A DNA stretch of 64,000 bases from the human T2T-CHM13v2.0 reference genome, Homo sapiens. Numbering within the stretch: position 1 is the stretch's first letter; every line of letters starts with the position of its first letter. A model generated the notes under the pieces. The model worked only from the letters and a program-made list of their open reading frames with translations, was not told the origin of the DNA and ran no database searches. The translations under genes were made by a program, and so were the position numbers. Location of the stretch: assembly GCF_009914755.1 (NCBI RefSeq), contig NC_060937.1; one strand, given 5' to 3'. Below, piece by piece: positions 1 through 13,758 of this stretch.

Positions 1-880
1 GCCACACTCAGGAGAACATATTTTAATACATATCACCAACAAAGGATTAGTATAGTGCATACGCAATGATCTATAAATCTGTAATATATGACCACACAAT
101 TGAAAAATAGGCAAAAGAAATGAACTGGTATTTCACAAAACAGAAAATATGTATGGCATATAACCATAAGAAGAGATGCTGTGTCTCACTAGTAATCAAG
201 GAAATACCAAGTAGAACCACAGTTAGATATTTTATACCCACTAGATTGCCAAAATTTAACAACTCTTACCATATAAAGTTTTGAAGAGGATGAGAACAAA
301 TGGGAAATCTATATTGCTGGAGAGACGGGACATTGTGCAGCCACATTAGAAAAATGTTTGGCATTATTTTGAATACTTTTTTGATACACGAAGCGACTTT
401 TATGAGATGTTCATATGGATTCATATTAACCAAAACTAGAAACAACCCATCAGGGAAATGATGGATTATTGTATAGCAGAGAAAATGAGTTGACATCAAT
501 TGTGTGCTACAACATAGATGACTCTTAGAAACATTATACTGAGTAAAAATTGCAAGTTGCAGAACCTTATTAAGGATGATACAGTTTTTATAAAGCTAAA
601 AAGAAACATCACAAGATATTATTCAGTTATCCATACATATGTGATAAAATTATTTTAAAAGACAGAAAGAATCGACCTAAAATTCAGGATGAAGGTTATG
701 TTGGGGGGTGGCATGAGGAGGAGGAGGCGAAGGGAATGGGATAGAGGAGGAGCCCATTAAGGGATGCAGGCCTTGGCTTGGGTCATGAGTTCATGTGTTA
801 TTTTGTTTTATAACCTACATATATGTTACATAAATTTCTCTGTATTTTTCAATGTTATATTAATATGATGAATGATAAAA
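1..880 (+). mobile_element. Old L1 (L1M/L1ME-type) ORF2 3' end and 3'UTR fragment
   Basis: Degenerate L1 3' motifs (aaaataggcaaaagaaatgaac..ttcacaaaa; tcactagtaatcaaggaaat; aaaactagaaacaaccca). Boundaries approximate. Confidence 0.75.
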
Positions 881-1299
881 GAAATTTGATATGATTTTTA
901 TTGACCAGATTTGCAAGACTTTTAAACGGAGATTAAAATAAAGGTGAAACAATAGGCTTTCTTGTACATTGATGTTAGGAGTACAAATTGGTGCAGTCTT
1001 TTTAGTTGAATCTCTCTCTTTACACACAACACACACACAGGTGTGTATGTGTATATGTGCATAATATGCACATACATATATGTATGTATATACAATCTAT
1101 TATATATAGCCATAAGTATGTTAACTTCTGTATCCCAATAATTCAATTGTGAGGAAATAAAGGCTTTAAAAAACCTGTAGTTAAAAAAAGATACAATTAG
1201 TGAGTTCTTTTTCACGTCAGGGAATTGTCACTTTCCTTCCCTCTGCCTGGAAGACAGTGCTGGAGACTCACAGCCAAAGTACATACTCAACCCTTCCAA

Positions 1300-1468
1300 G
1301 TTTTTATCATAGGATCTTATTTATTTTTTCCATGGTCCTTGCACAATCTGAAATTGCCTAGGATGTGAATTTCCTAAGTACAGAGACTATGTGTGATGTG
1401 TTTACTGCTGTCACACTGTGCTGGCACAAAGTAGATGATCAGTGAACACCTGTTGAGAAATGAATGCC
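1300..1468 (+). mobile_element. L2 3' end fragment
   Basis: gtgctggcacaaagtagatgatcagtgaacacctgttgagaaatgaatg resembles the L2 3' terminus. Confidence 0.6.
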
Positions 1469-2884
1469 TAGGAAAAAAAAAGAAAAGGACTTTCTTGGGC
1501 CAAACTGGCCAAAATATGGAAGGCTCAAAGGAATATAAGTAATGTGTGTACCAGCATTCTGCAATTTTACAATCATATTCAGATTTTGGGGGTTAATATT
1601 TACTACTTGGCAGAGAAATGCCTTTTTGAGATCATAGGTAAAATGCTAGGGGATTGTCATTCTGCTAAGAAAGCCTCTTGCAAGGTCTTCTGTGATGAGG
1701 ACTTTAGATCTTTAACATAAATAACAGGTAGGGAAACATCAGAAAAACTAGTTTGAATAGATCAGGTTTCCTGAAAAGGATTCTTTGTGTGCTCTACGGC
1801 AAATTCTGTGGTAAAATCCATGTGTACACTTTCCAATAGGCTTTGCCATAATAACTAAAGTTTAATCCACTATTAAGTATATAAAAAAAGCAAAGGGAAG
1901 CAAATAACATGTTTTTTAAAATACGGAATTTTAGTTATAGCCCTAAATTAATGTCATATTCCCAAGGGACTTATAATGCATTTGAAATTTAAATAGCACA
2001 AAGAGGGTTGCAGGCATTTTATTTTACTAATGTTTTCGCCACGGCAAACATAATTGCCTGGGGGAATTTACCACAGGTCTAGGGACAGAATTTATGATTT
2101 TGTTTCATTTCCCATAATTTTTGCCACTAGAAAACAAAAAGCAGAGCAATCTCAAATCTCAGTAAAAACAGACTTTCAAGGCAAACTTACAAAAGGAGTG
2201 TGCATTATTGAGACAAAAACAGCCAATGCAGTTTATGCCTTTTTTTTCTTTAGGGTGTTAGCTATAGTACTCCAAATTGTAACCAAATTTTAGAAGAACA
2301 AAAAGAAGTCCTTCAGCTCTTGAATATTAAAGCCAAAAGTAAATCATAGGCCATTTTCAAGAACGGTAACCAACTATGTAATCTACATTGGAGGAGGCGG
2401 TGTTGATGGTATTTAGTAACTGCAGGCAATGTGTCATGAACCCTGCTAAGGGAGGAAAGACAGTTAAGGCTGGCTCTAAGCAACATGGCCAGAAGCTAGA
2501 GTGGTCTGCCTTTGGGCCTTTGGTTGTTCTGTTCCATTTTCCCTGCTCAGGATGAAAGGATTACCATTCTCCCTGGAACCAGGTTGGTGGTGGCAAAGCA
2601 GCAGCGGAAGGATGAGGAGAAGCTGGGCGGTCCTGAGCCTCTGTATGTGGAGCAGGACTTATGGGGCACACGTACCCAGGAGCTGGGCAGTGTGTTTGAA
2701 ATGGGGAGGTATGGCTCCCCATCACTGGATGGAGATGCCTGCACACACACCCCCAGCCTTACGCAGATCCAGGACAAAACGCCTAGGAAGACAAAGATCC
2801 CATTGATCCTTGATGCCGTGGGTGCTCTTGTGAAAATCGCCCCTTTGCCTTCTATATTATTTCAATCCCTGGTTACGTTTCTAA

Positions 2885-3528
2885 AAATTATGGTAAAATA
2901 CACATAAAATTTACCACCGTAACAATTTTTAAACAGTGTTAAGTACATTTACATTGTTGTGCAACAATCACCACCATCCACCTCCAGAACTCTTTCCATT
3001 TTGTGAAACTAAAACTTTGTACCCATTAAACATCAACTCCACATTCCCCCTGCCCCCAGCCCCTGGCAACCACCATCCGACTTCTTGTCTCCATCAACTT
3101 GACTAGTCTAGGTACCTTGTATGAGTGGAATTGTACAGTATTTGTCTTTTTGTGACTGGCTTATTTCATTTAGCATAATGTCCTCATGGTTCATCCATGT
3201 TGTGGCATGTATCAGGATTTTTTTTTTTTTGGCTGAATAATATTCCATTGTAGGGATAGATCATATTTGGTTTATCCATTCACCCATCAGCAGACACTTC
3301 GTTGCTTCTCCCTTTTGGCTGGTGTAAATAATGCTACTATTAACATGGGTGTGCGTATATCTGTTTGAGTCCCTGCTTTCCATTCTTTTGGGAATATACC
3401 CAGAAGAAAAATTGCTGGAGCATATGGTAGTTCTGTCTTTAGTTTTCTGGGGAGCCTCCACACTGTTTTCTTCAGTGGCTGTACCATCTCATATTCACAT
3501 CACAGTGCACAAGGGTTCCATTTACCTT
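2885..3528 (-). mobile_element. L1MB-type 3' end
   Basis: Typical L1MB 3'UTR in reverse. ORF 3287..3487(-) translates as the L1 ORF2 C-terminus (VQPLKKTVWRLPRKLKTELPYAPAIFLLGIFPKE). Confidence 0.85.
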
Positions 3529-3749
3529 GCTTCTGGTCACATTTTATGTGACTGGAACACGTCTGCTTCATTGTAAAGAATACTATCACATCTGGTTACT
3601 TTTTTCTCTCTCCTCGAAAGCATCCATCTCATGTCAATTTTTTTCTTATCAACAGCCCAAGTCTCAGTGTGGGTTTTGTTCTGGGAGTGCAGAGGACAGC
3701 CAGGTCACCAAGAATATGCCTTAATGTTTATAATTATCATAAATTATAT

Positions 3750-3925
3750 ATGTATGGCATTTTTCAGTTTATAAAACACACTTGCATTTATTACATCTTT
3801 GATTCCTGTCCTACAAGGGAGGTGACACAGTTTTTCTTATTCCCCTTCCTTTTTGATGGAGAAACTGTGCCTCACAGAAGCTAAGTAACCTGCTCAGGTT
3901 ATATAGCCAATGTAAGACCAGAAAA
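3750..3925 (-). mobile_element. MIR SINE
   Basis: Core gatggagaaactgtgcctcacagaagctaagtaacctgctcaggtta. Confidence 0.7.
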
Positions 3926-4472
3926 AATATCTTCTGGCTTTGACATATTTGGTGCTTTTCCCATCCCACTGTGAGACTTCTCAAGCCAACTCCATAGACA
4001 CATGCACAGAGACTAGTGTGGTTATTCTCCTTCCAGATTTAGAGAGACTGCATATTCTAGGAAAAAAAAAACTCCTGACTTAAATACTTTAAAATACTAT
4101 AAAATATCCAATGAATAGCTGTGATGGATGCTGCTTGTGAGATCTCTGCAAATTCCCTTGGTCCCACTGTTTGTTCCAGCTGCTGTTGCAGCAACCGATT
4201 TCAAGAGGCTTAGACCAGCCTCATGCCAGTGTAACCAGGCAGTACCCTCACCTTGATTATGCCCTGTGGATCTCTCGCTTTCCTCCCTGAAGAATCTCTG
4301 GCATCATGGCATGGGGTACCTGTAGACACTTCTCATCTCTCACACATGCACACTCTAGCTGAGTGGGTGAGTTAAAACTCCTGCACCGCCCTTGACCAAT
4401 AGAAAATGGAAGCCAGTGGCTAAAAGAGTGTCCCCTTTCATCTCCCAGGAGGATATTTCTGAGACGCATTTT

Positions 4473-4688
4473 TTAATCTTTCCCAATTTAAATCTTCTAA
4501 TTTAAAAGTAAACTTTACTGTGGAAAATGCAAACTTGAGGAGGGCAGAAAGATCACACACAAGGCTGCCACTTCACACCTGGAGGGTTGCACAGCGGCTG
4601 GGCAGAGGCGCTCCTCACTTCCCAGGCGGTGTGGCCACCAGAGGGCGCTCCTTATGTTTCAGACGGTGCCGCCACCAGGCAGAGGTGC
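4473..4688 (-). mobile_element. 5'-truncated SVA2 retroelement
   Basis: SVA-type VNTR units (gggcagaggcgctcctcacttcccag) joined to the SVA2/LAVA unique 3' sequence (revcomp ctgtgcaaccctccaggtgtgaagtggcagccttgtgtgtgatctttctgccctcc), with no SINE-R. TSDs tctgagacgcatttt (4458-4472) and tctgagatgcgtttt (4689-4703). Confidence 0.8.
4632..4650 (+). promoter_or_regulatory. Near-consensus CTCF motif inside the SVA2 VNTR
   Basis: TGGCCACCAGAGGGCGCTC versus consensus TGGCCACCAGGGGGCGCTA. Confidence 0.6.
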
Positions 4689-5076
4689 TCTGAGATGCGT
4701 TTTATAACATGTTCTTTCAAAGGACCTGGAAAGATCCGATGCCATTCACCTTCTGAGTGGCCAACTCAATAAAGCATCCAATATTTTACATGACCTCCTT
4801 CCATGTTCTACAACTGCCTTCTATATAGCTGCTTTTTGGGATCATTTACCCAGTAATCTACTTGAACATGAACTTCCTCTTACACCCCCTCGTTCTCTGC
4901 TTTTAGGGCAACCTGTGCTAAGACAGTTCTAGAAGTAGCTCTGGAAAACAGCCCCTCAGGATGGGATTTTGGCTGGATCACTTTCCAGTCAGACAGCAAT
5001 AAGGACTCCATTGCTAGCATACATTGAGAGTGATAATCCTGGTACGCAGTGGCACCAAAATTAATAAGATTCTCTT

Positions 5077-5389
<313 letters not shown>

Positions 5390-6119
5390 AAGATTCTCTC
5401 ATCTGATGGATTAGACTGAGGCAAAAATGGAAATGAAAGCATTGAGATTTGAAGTATGTTTAAAATGTAACAGTTTGGGGAAAATAATTATAAGGATTGT
5501 GGCAGAGCTTCCCAGGAGACTGATGGCACAGCCTCAACTGGTCTCCCGTGTCAGAATCAGGGCTCTGATACAAGACAAGAAGGTCCTGAGGTCTTGGATA
5601 GGGATGTTAGGGCTGACAAGCCTGAGTATTTTGAATCCCTAGATTTCCTTGAACATCTGGGCTGGTAGAAGCAGGTCATTCCCTCTTGCTAGAGGAGAGA
5701 AAACTCCACTTGCTTGATTTCCTGTGTAAATATCACCTAAGGCTTATGCCCCATGACGTGGTGTTGTGCTCTTCAAGATCTGCCCACGTGGTCCCGCCAT
5801 TGCCTCCATGCTGGTACCCAATGTTGGCTTTCAGCTCGGCCTGAGCAGAAAAATACAGACCCTCCTCCAGGAATAAGAAGCTTATACATACACTCACAAA
5901 CCTGCATGCCCACACACGTATATACATATATTTTGTGGCAAAACCTTCTCAGGTATGTGTGCTAACCTATTGGCTAATGTGGTGCTGTGTGGTCAATAGC
6001 TAAAATATATTGGTCCAAGAACCACAGAACAGAAGAAGGAGTAGGTCCTCTCATCAATACTCCCAGTGACCCATTCATAATGTGTGCTTCCTCTGAAACC
6101 TTGGACTTTGCTGGATTAG

Positions 6120-6328
6120 AGGCTCTGATCACTGCAATAGTTCCAAAGAACTTGAAGGTACAACTACCATCTGGTCACTTTGAGCTTCCCATGCCAATAG
6201 ACCAGCAGGCAAAGAAAGTAGTTATTATTCTGGCAGGAGATGTTGATCCTGGTTATCGTGAGGAGCTACAATTGTTGCTGCGCAAGGTGGGCAGGAGTAT
6301 GCCAGAATGCAGGGGAGTGCTTCCATGA
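6120..6328 (+). pseudogene. ERV-L dUTPase-like domain relic
   Basis: ORF 5987..6328 contains NLKVQLPSGHFELPMPIDQQAKKVVIILAGDVDPGYREELQLLL, resembling the ERV-L post-integrase dUTPase-like motif (KLRLPPGHFGLLMPLNQQAKKGVTVLAGVIDPDY), recalled from memory. Confidence 0.7.
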
Positions 6329-7231
6329 CCAGCAACAGCAATGAATGGGCAATTGAAGAGGTCATGGCTAAACAGAGACAAGGCCACTAAGGGGCCAAGC
6401 CCCACCTGACAAGTAAACTAGCCTGGCCAAAGTCTTGGCAGAGGTAAAGAAAATCTGGAATGGAAAATAGAGGAGGAAAATGTTCATTATCAGTTACCTT
6501 CTAGGCACCAGGCACAACAGAAGAGGCTGTAGCTTGGTCCTCTAACCCACTGGTATTAAGGCTTTTTAGAGATTACTGCTGGCTGCCACTGAGAATGGAA
6601 CTATTTTACGAATTGAGTTTAGTAGGAAGCACAAGAGATATGAGCGACGCAAGGAGATGTATCTGTGATGCATTTTATAAGAGCCCAGCAAGATCAAGCA
6701 TAAGTCATCTGGAGCAGTGGCTAACTTGATAATGAATTTTAATATTGTTTTTCCCCCCTTCACTCATGTCTTTTTGCTGTTCCCTGGGATCATTTCCCAA
6801 ATAAATTACCTGCACATAAGATTTTGTCTCATGGTCTGCATTTAGGAGAACTCAGGCCATAATGACACATTTAAATGCATAGCTAAATTCACAAGAAAGT
6901 AAGCCAGGCACTAAAAGAAAAAGAGAAAGATGAGGCCAGAGTGGTAAGTAAGTGGGTACAGTACTCAATAAATAGATGACCTATAAACTAGGGTTTTGAT
7001 GTTTTGTGGGTAGAAGATTAGATCTTTGGTTTCTACAACCGGAGATGTCGGAGCTAAAATCTCTGCATAAAGCCTTTAAGGGCTGCATCATCAGTAAAAG
7101 TGTGGATTATAAAAAGACCAACCCATCAGTAAAATGAGTTCAGGAAAAAAAAAAGATCTCTAAATAAACAATTGCAAATATATTAGGAAATATCCCACAG
7201 TGTGAGAGTCAGCAGAAAAAGTGTTACAAAT

Positions 7232-9706
7232 TGATATGGTGTAGATCTGTGTCCCATCAAATCTCACGTTGAATCCCCAATGTTGGAAGTGGGGCTGGGT
7301 GGGAGGTGATTGGATCATGGGGGTGGATCCTTCATGAATGGTTTAGCACCATTCCTTTGGTGCTGCTCTCATGATAGTGAGTGAGTTCTCACAAGATCTG
7401 GTTATTTAAAACTGTGTAGCACGTCCCCGCTCTCTTTCTTGCTATTGCTCTGGCCATGTGAGATGCTTTTCTCCCCCTTTGCCTTCTGCCCTGCTTCTTG
7501 AAGCTTCCCCAGAAGCAGAAGCTGCTATGGTTCCTGTACAGCCTGCAGAACCATGAGCCAATGAAACCTCTTTTCTCATAAATTACCCAGTCTCAGGTAT
7601 TCCTTTATAGTAATGCAAGAATGGACTAACACAGAAAATTGGAACCAAGGAGTAGGGCATTACTATAAAGACACTGGAACATGTGGAAGTGACTTTGGAA
7701 TTGGGTAACAGGCAGAGGTTGGAAGAGTTTGGAGGGCTCAGAAGAAAACAGGAAGATGAGGGAAGGTTTGGAACTTCCTAGAGACTGGCTAAATGGCAGT
7801 GATCAAAATGCTGATAGAAATATGGACAGAGAAGGCCAGGATGAGGAGGTGTCACATAAAAACGAGGAACTTATTGGGAACCAGAGCAAAGGTCAGTTTT
7901 GTTGTCTTAGCTGTGAACTTGGCTGCATTGTGCCCCTGCCATAGGGATCTGTAAAACCTCGACCTGGAGAGTGATGATTTAGCCTTCTGGTGGAAGAAAT
8001 TTCTAAGCAGTAAAGTATTCAATATTTGTCCTGGCTGCTTCTAACAGCCTATGCTCATATGCATGAGCAAATAAATGATCTAAGGTTGGAACTTATATTT
8101 AAAGGGGAAGCAGAGCATAAAAGTTTGGAAAGTTTGCAGACTGACCATATAGAGAAAAGAAAAGCCCATTTTCAGGGGATGAATCCAAGCAGTCTGTGGA
8201 GCAAGCATTTGCTAGAGAAATTTGCGAGACTAAAAAGGCAAGTGCCAATAGCCAAGACAAAGGGGAAAAGGCCTCAAAGAGGACTTTTGAGACCTCACAT
8301 TTCAGAGACCTTGTGGCAGCCTCTCCCATCACAGGCCCAAAGGCCTGGGACAAGAGAATGGTTTAGTGTGCCAGGCCCAGGGACGTGCTACCCTGTGCAG
8401 CCTGCTACTGTGTGCAGTCTCAGGACACTGCTCCCCATATCCCAGGCACTCTAGCTCTAACTCCAGTTGTGGCTCAGAGGGGCCCAAGTGAAGCTTGGGC
8501 CATTGCTTCAGAGGGTGCAAGCCATGAGCCTTGGTGACTTCCATGTGGTGTTAAGTCTGTGGGTGCACGGAATGCAAGAGTGGAAGTTTGGAGCTTCTGC
8601 CTAGATTTAAGAGAATGTATGGAAAAGCGTGGATGTCCAGAGAGAAGCCTAATGCAGGGGTGGAGCCCTCATGGAGAACCTCTATTAGGGCAGTGGGAAG
8701 GGGAAATGTGGGGTAGGAGCCCCACAGAGAGTCCCCACTGGGACATTGCCTAGTGGAGCTGTGAGAAGAGGACCACCATCCACTAGACCCTAGAATAGTT
8801 GATCCATCAAGTGCTTCCACCCCGCACCTGGAAAAGCCACAGGTGCTCAACGCCAGCCCATGAGAGCAGCCATGGGGGTTGAACCCTGCAAAGACACAAG
8901 GGCAGAGCTGCCCAAGGCCCTGGGAGCCCACCTCTCATACCAGTGTGCACTGGGTGTGAAACATGGAGTCAAGGAGATTATTTTGGAGCTTTAAGATTTA
9001 GTGACTGTCCTGCTGGGTTTCAGATTTGCATGGGGCCTATAGCCCCTTTCTTTTGTCAGAGTTCTCCTTTTTGGAATGGGAATATTTACTCAACCCTTGT
9101 ACCCTTATTGCATCTTGGAAGTAACTAATTTGTTTTTGACTTCACAGGCTCATAGGTGGAAGGGACTTGTCTTGTCTCAAATGAGACGTTGGACTTTTGA
9201 GTTAATGCTGGAATGAGTTAAGACTTTGAAGGACAGTTGAGAAGGGATGATTGTATTTTGCAATGTGAGAAAGACATGAGATTTGGGGAGACTGGCTTTG
9301 GATCTGTGTCCCCATCCAAATCTCAAGTGAAATTGTAATCCCCAGTGTTGGAGGTGGGGCCTGGTGGGAGGTGGTTGGATCATGGGGGTGGATTTTTCCA
9401 TGTATGGCTCAGCACCATCCTCTTGGTGTTGTTCTCATGATAGTGGGTGAGTTCTCACAAGATCTGGTTGTTTAAAAGCATGTAGCACCTCCCCCCATAC
9501 CTCTCTTTCTTCTGCTCCTACCATGTGAGATGCCTGCTCCCCTTTGCTTTCCACCATGATTGGAAGCTTCCTGAGGCCTCCCCAGAAGCAGAAGCCACCG
9601 CATTTCCTATACAGCCTGCAGAACTATGAGCCAGTTAAACCTCTTTTCTCATAAAATACCCAGTCTCTGGTATTTCTTTATAGCAGTGTGAGAACAGACT
9701 AACATG
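7232..9706 (+). mobile_element. MST (MSTA/B) MaLR provirus: LTR 7232-7633, internal 7634-~9290, LTR ~9292-9706
   Basis: Two homologous LTRs (gatctgtgtccc..aaatctca..ggatcatgggggtggat..cccagtctc..ggtatt..gactaaca) flank MaLR internal sequence starting gaaaattggaacc. ORFs 7729, 8026, 8559 and 8943 are MaLR-internal relics. Confidence 0.9.
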
Positions 9707-10064
9707 TACATTGAATGTGCTCTTCCAAAATTTGTATGTTGACATATAACATCCAAGGTGACGGCATTTGGAAATAAGGCCTTTGGGAGGTAATAAGGTC
9801 ATGAAAGTGTACCTTTCATAAATGGGATTTGTGCCCTTATAGGAAGAGACATGAAAACTAGATCACTATTTTTTCACCATTTGAGGATATAAGAAAAGGC
9901 TTTAGCCACCTGCAAAGCTGAAGAGAACCCTCACCAGAACCTGACCATGCTGGCACCCTGATCTTAGGTTTATAGCTTCCAGAGCTGTGAGACATATGTT
10001 TCTGTTGTTTATAAGCCATTGAGTTTATGATATTTTATTATATCAGTCTGAGCTGATTAAAACA
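9707..10064 (+). mobile_element. Older MaLR LTR (MSTD/MLT1A-like)
   Basis: ccaaaatttgtatgttga..ggcctttgggaggtaat..ccctcaccagaacctgaccatgctggcaccctgatctt..gttgtttataagcca. Confidence 0.75.
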
Positions 10065-10071
10065 AAAGGCA

Positions 10072-10452
<381 letters not shown>

Positions 10453-10674
10453 TTAAAAAAAAAAAATCCCAACATGTTCACTAAAATTAAACACCAGTTT
10501 CAAAATATGAGAAAAAAAGAGATTATAAAATGGACAGGCATATTTGAAAAAGAACTGACTGAAATGAAAAAAGAAACTATAAGAAATGAAAAAGAACTAA
10601 AACGAATGTCAAGACAAGTTTAAAATGGGGTAAACTGATGATTAGGCATTACAGATTTAAAAATTAGTGAAATG

Positions 10675-10964
10675 GGCTGGGCGCAGTGGCTCACACCTGT
10701 AATCCAAGGACTTTGGGAGGCTGAGGTGGGTAGATCACTTGAGGTCAGGAGTTCGATACCAACCTGACCAACATGGCGAAATCCCTTCTCTACTAAAAAT
10801 CCAAAAATTAGCTGGGTGTGCTGGTGCAGGCCTGTAATCCCACCTACTTGGGAGGCTGAAGTGGGAGGATTGGTTGAACTTGGGAGGCAGAGGTTGCAGT
10901 CAGCCGAGATGGAGTCACTGCACTCCAGCCTGGGTGACAGAGGGAGATTCTGTCTCAAGAAAAA
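10675..10964 (+). mobile_element. AluS
   Basis: Full dimer; TSD aattagtgaaatg on both sides. Confidence 0.9.
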
Positions 10965-11836
10965 ACAATTAGTGAAATGGAATAAAGATGTGAAGAAGTT
11001 ATCCAGAATGTAGAGGGAAAGAGAGAATGAGAGACTAAGACAGTGGGAGACAGAAGGGAACAGAGAGAAAAAAAGGAAAATAAGAAAAATTGATTAAGGG
11101 ACATGGAATAGAATAAGAAAGTACAACGTGCATTTAATTGGAATTGCAAAAACATACAATGGGGAAAATCAATATTAGAAGATAGTATTAGAGAGTTTTC
11201 CAAAATTGATAAAAGACAAGAATTCTTAGATGTAGGAAGCACAATAAACCATGAGCAAAAGAAAGAAAAATAAATCCACACATAGACACAAAGAGGCAAA
11301 CTTTGAAATAACCAAGACAATGGGAAAATCTTATAAGCAAACATAGAAGAGATAGATCACTTCCAATGGCATAATTGGATTGGTAGCTGACTTCCTAGCA
11401 GCATCACCTGAAGTCTGAAGACAATGGGAAAACATTTTCTAAAAGCTGAAAGAAAAGTAATTGTTAACTTAGAATTGTAAAAGTGGAAAACTATCACGCA
11501 AAAATGAAAATGAAATAAAGACATTTTTAGAAATACAAACTGGAGAGTATTTCTAACCAATAAACATTCACAAAGGAATTTTTGATGATGCACTTCCAAA
11601 AAGAAGGAAACTGATCCCAGAATGAAGATCTACGATTTAAGAAGGAATGATGAGAAAACACTCACTATAAAATAGTAACACTCACTATAAAATAGCCTAA
11701 TTCTCAAGGTAAAAGAACCCCACTAAAATATTTCCTGATATAATGTAGAACAGGTGGAGAATCATTGGTGTATAAGTGCTCAAAAGTTGTTTTTTTTTTG
11801 TGGGGGGAGACACAAGACGTAAAAAAATTAGAATTT

Positions 11837-12128
11837 GGCTGGGCTCAGTGGCTCACGCCTTGTAATCCCAGCACTTTGGGAGACCGAGGCAGGTGGATCA
11901 CCCGAGGTCGGGAGTTTGAGACCTGACCAACATGGAGAAACCCCGTCTACTAAAAATACAAAATTAGCCAGGTGTGGTGGTGCATGCCTGTAATCCCAGC
12001 TACTCAGGAGGCTGAGGCAGGAGAATTGCTTGAACCTGTGAGGTGGAGGTTGTGGTGAGCCGAGATCGCACCATTGCACTCTAGCCCTGGGCAACAAGAG
12101 CGAAACTCCGTCTCAAAAAAGAAAAAAC
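11837..12128 (+). mobile_element. AluSp-like
   Basis: gaggtcgggag and catggagaaacccc diagnostics; TSD attagaattt. Confidence 0.85.
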
Positions 12129-13758
12129 ATTAGAATTTCCAGTTACTACATGTTACAAGTTTAAATATAACTACTGGGAGAAAAAAATATAGTGTATAAT
12201 TTTTAAAACAGAGAATAAAAAACAATGGAAAGTTTCCCTTAGTCAATCCAAGGAAGGTAGAAAAGAAGAAAAGATGCATTGAAAAGCAGGACCAATAGAA
12301 AGCACAAAATTGTATGGCAGAAATAGGTTCTATTATATAAGTCGTTGAAATGTTTTAAATGGGGCAGATCCACAGGTTAAAAGATAAATGTCGTCAGACT
12401 GAATAAAAATAACCAGATATTGCAAGCTTACAAGGAACATACCTAAGAAAGCACAGAAAGGTAAAATGATGGAAAAAGATATATGCCTCTTATTTACCAA
12501 AAGGAAGCTTCTGTAGAAATGCTTACAGGAGAAGAAAATATATTTTAAGGTAAACAGTTTTAAGGAAAGAGTCACTTCATAATTATAAAATATATTTTAC
12601 CAAGAATATATAGCATTTCAAAACTTATTTGCCTCTAGTAACGTAGCTTCAATACATATACAAAGCAGCAGCTCACAGGATTGCAAAGAGAAATTAACAA
12701 ATTCAGCATCACAGTGGGGGATTGTAATACTCTCAGTAATTGATAGCTCATGAAGACAAACTCAGAAAAGATAGACTACTTGGATGAAAAAAATTAAAAA
12801 GCTCAATCTAAAAAGTCCAATGTAGAGCCCTACACCTAAATTAGAAGATACACATTCTTCTCAAGAATGTGCAGTATTTTTGAGTAGGCCGCAAAGCAAG
12901 TGTATATCTATTTCAAAGAATTTGTATCAAAAAGACCATGTTTTCTGGCCACAATTAAATTAAATTAAAAATAGCAAAAAGATATCTAAAAAAGCCTCAT
13001 GCATTTAGAAATTAACACACTTCTAAAATAATTCATGGGTCAAAGAAGAAATCACAACGGAAATTAAGAACTTTATAATTTAATGATATTGAAAGTACTG
13101 TAGCTAAAAATGTGTGGGAAATATATATGTGCAAAAAAAGACAGGAAATATATATGTGCAAAAAAAGATTGAAGAATCATGAGCTAAGTTTTCAATTTGG
13201 AAGTGAGAAAAAGAATAGAATAAGCCCAAAGAACATAGAATAAAGGAAAAAATAATAATCAGAACAGAAATTAGTAAACTTGTAAAGAAAATACAGTAGG
13301 GTCAACAAAGTCAAAAGCTGGTTCTTTAAAAAGACAAAAAGGAGACAAACTTCAGGCTTAATGAATTAAGAAAACAAATATTAAGAAAAAAGTCACATCT
13401 AAACAATATTAGAAAAAAATGGCTGTAACTATAGAAGTAGCAGGTATTTAAAACGAGTAAGAAAATACTATGAAGAGAGCACTGCAATGACGATATATAT
13501 ATATAAACAACTCCATGCTAGTTGTGAAGGATACAGAACTGTCCCTTAAAGGAAGGACTCGCCTCAGCTCTTGGCAATGCTGTGAGCAGATTGTCTTGGG
13601 CCGTCTACTCCTTGTGTTTGCCTCACCTGCAGAGAGCCCCCTCGCCCAAGAATACACCTTCCCTGGAAAGTCCATAGCCAATGGTGGATCTGGTAGGGAC
13701 ATAGAGACCTTAACCATTCAGCCCACCCTGGGACAATTCTGAATGAGTCCTACATGTA

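Noticed and set aside
2501-2907. Overlapping 101- and 131-aa ORFs
   Set aside because: Non-ATG starts, no homology recognised, and the longer ORF runs into an L1.
7729-9128. ORFs of 60-140 aa
   Set aside because: Fragments of the MST MaLR internal region, broken by stops and frameshifts.
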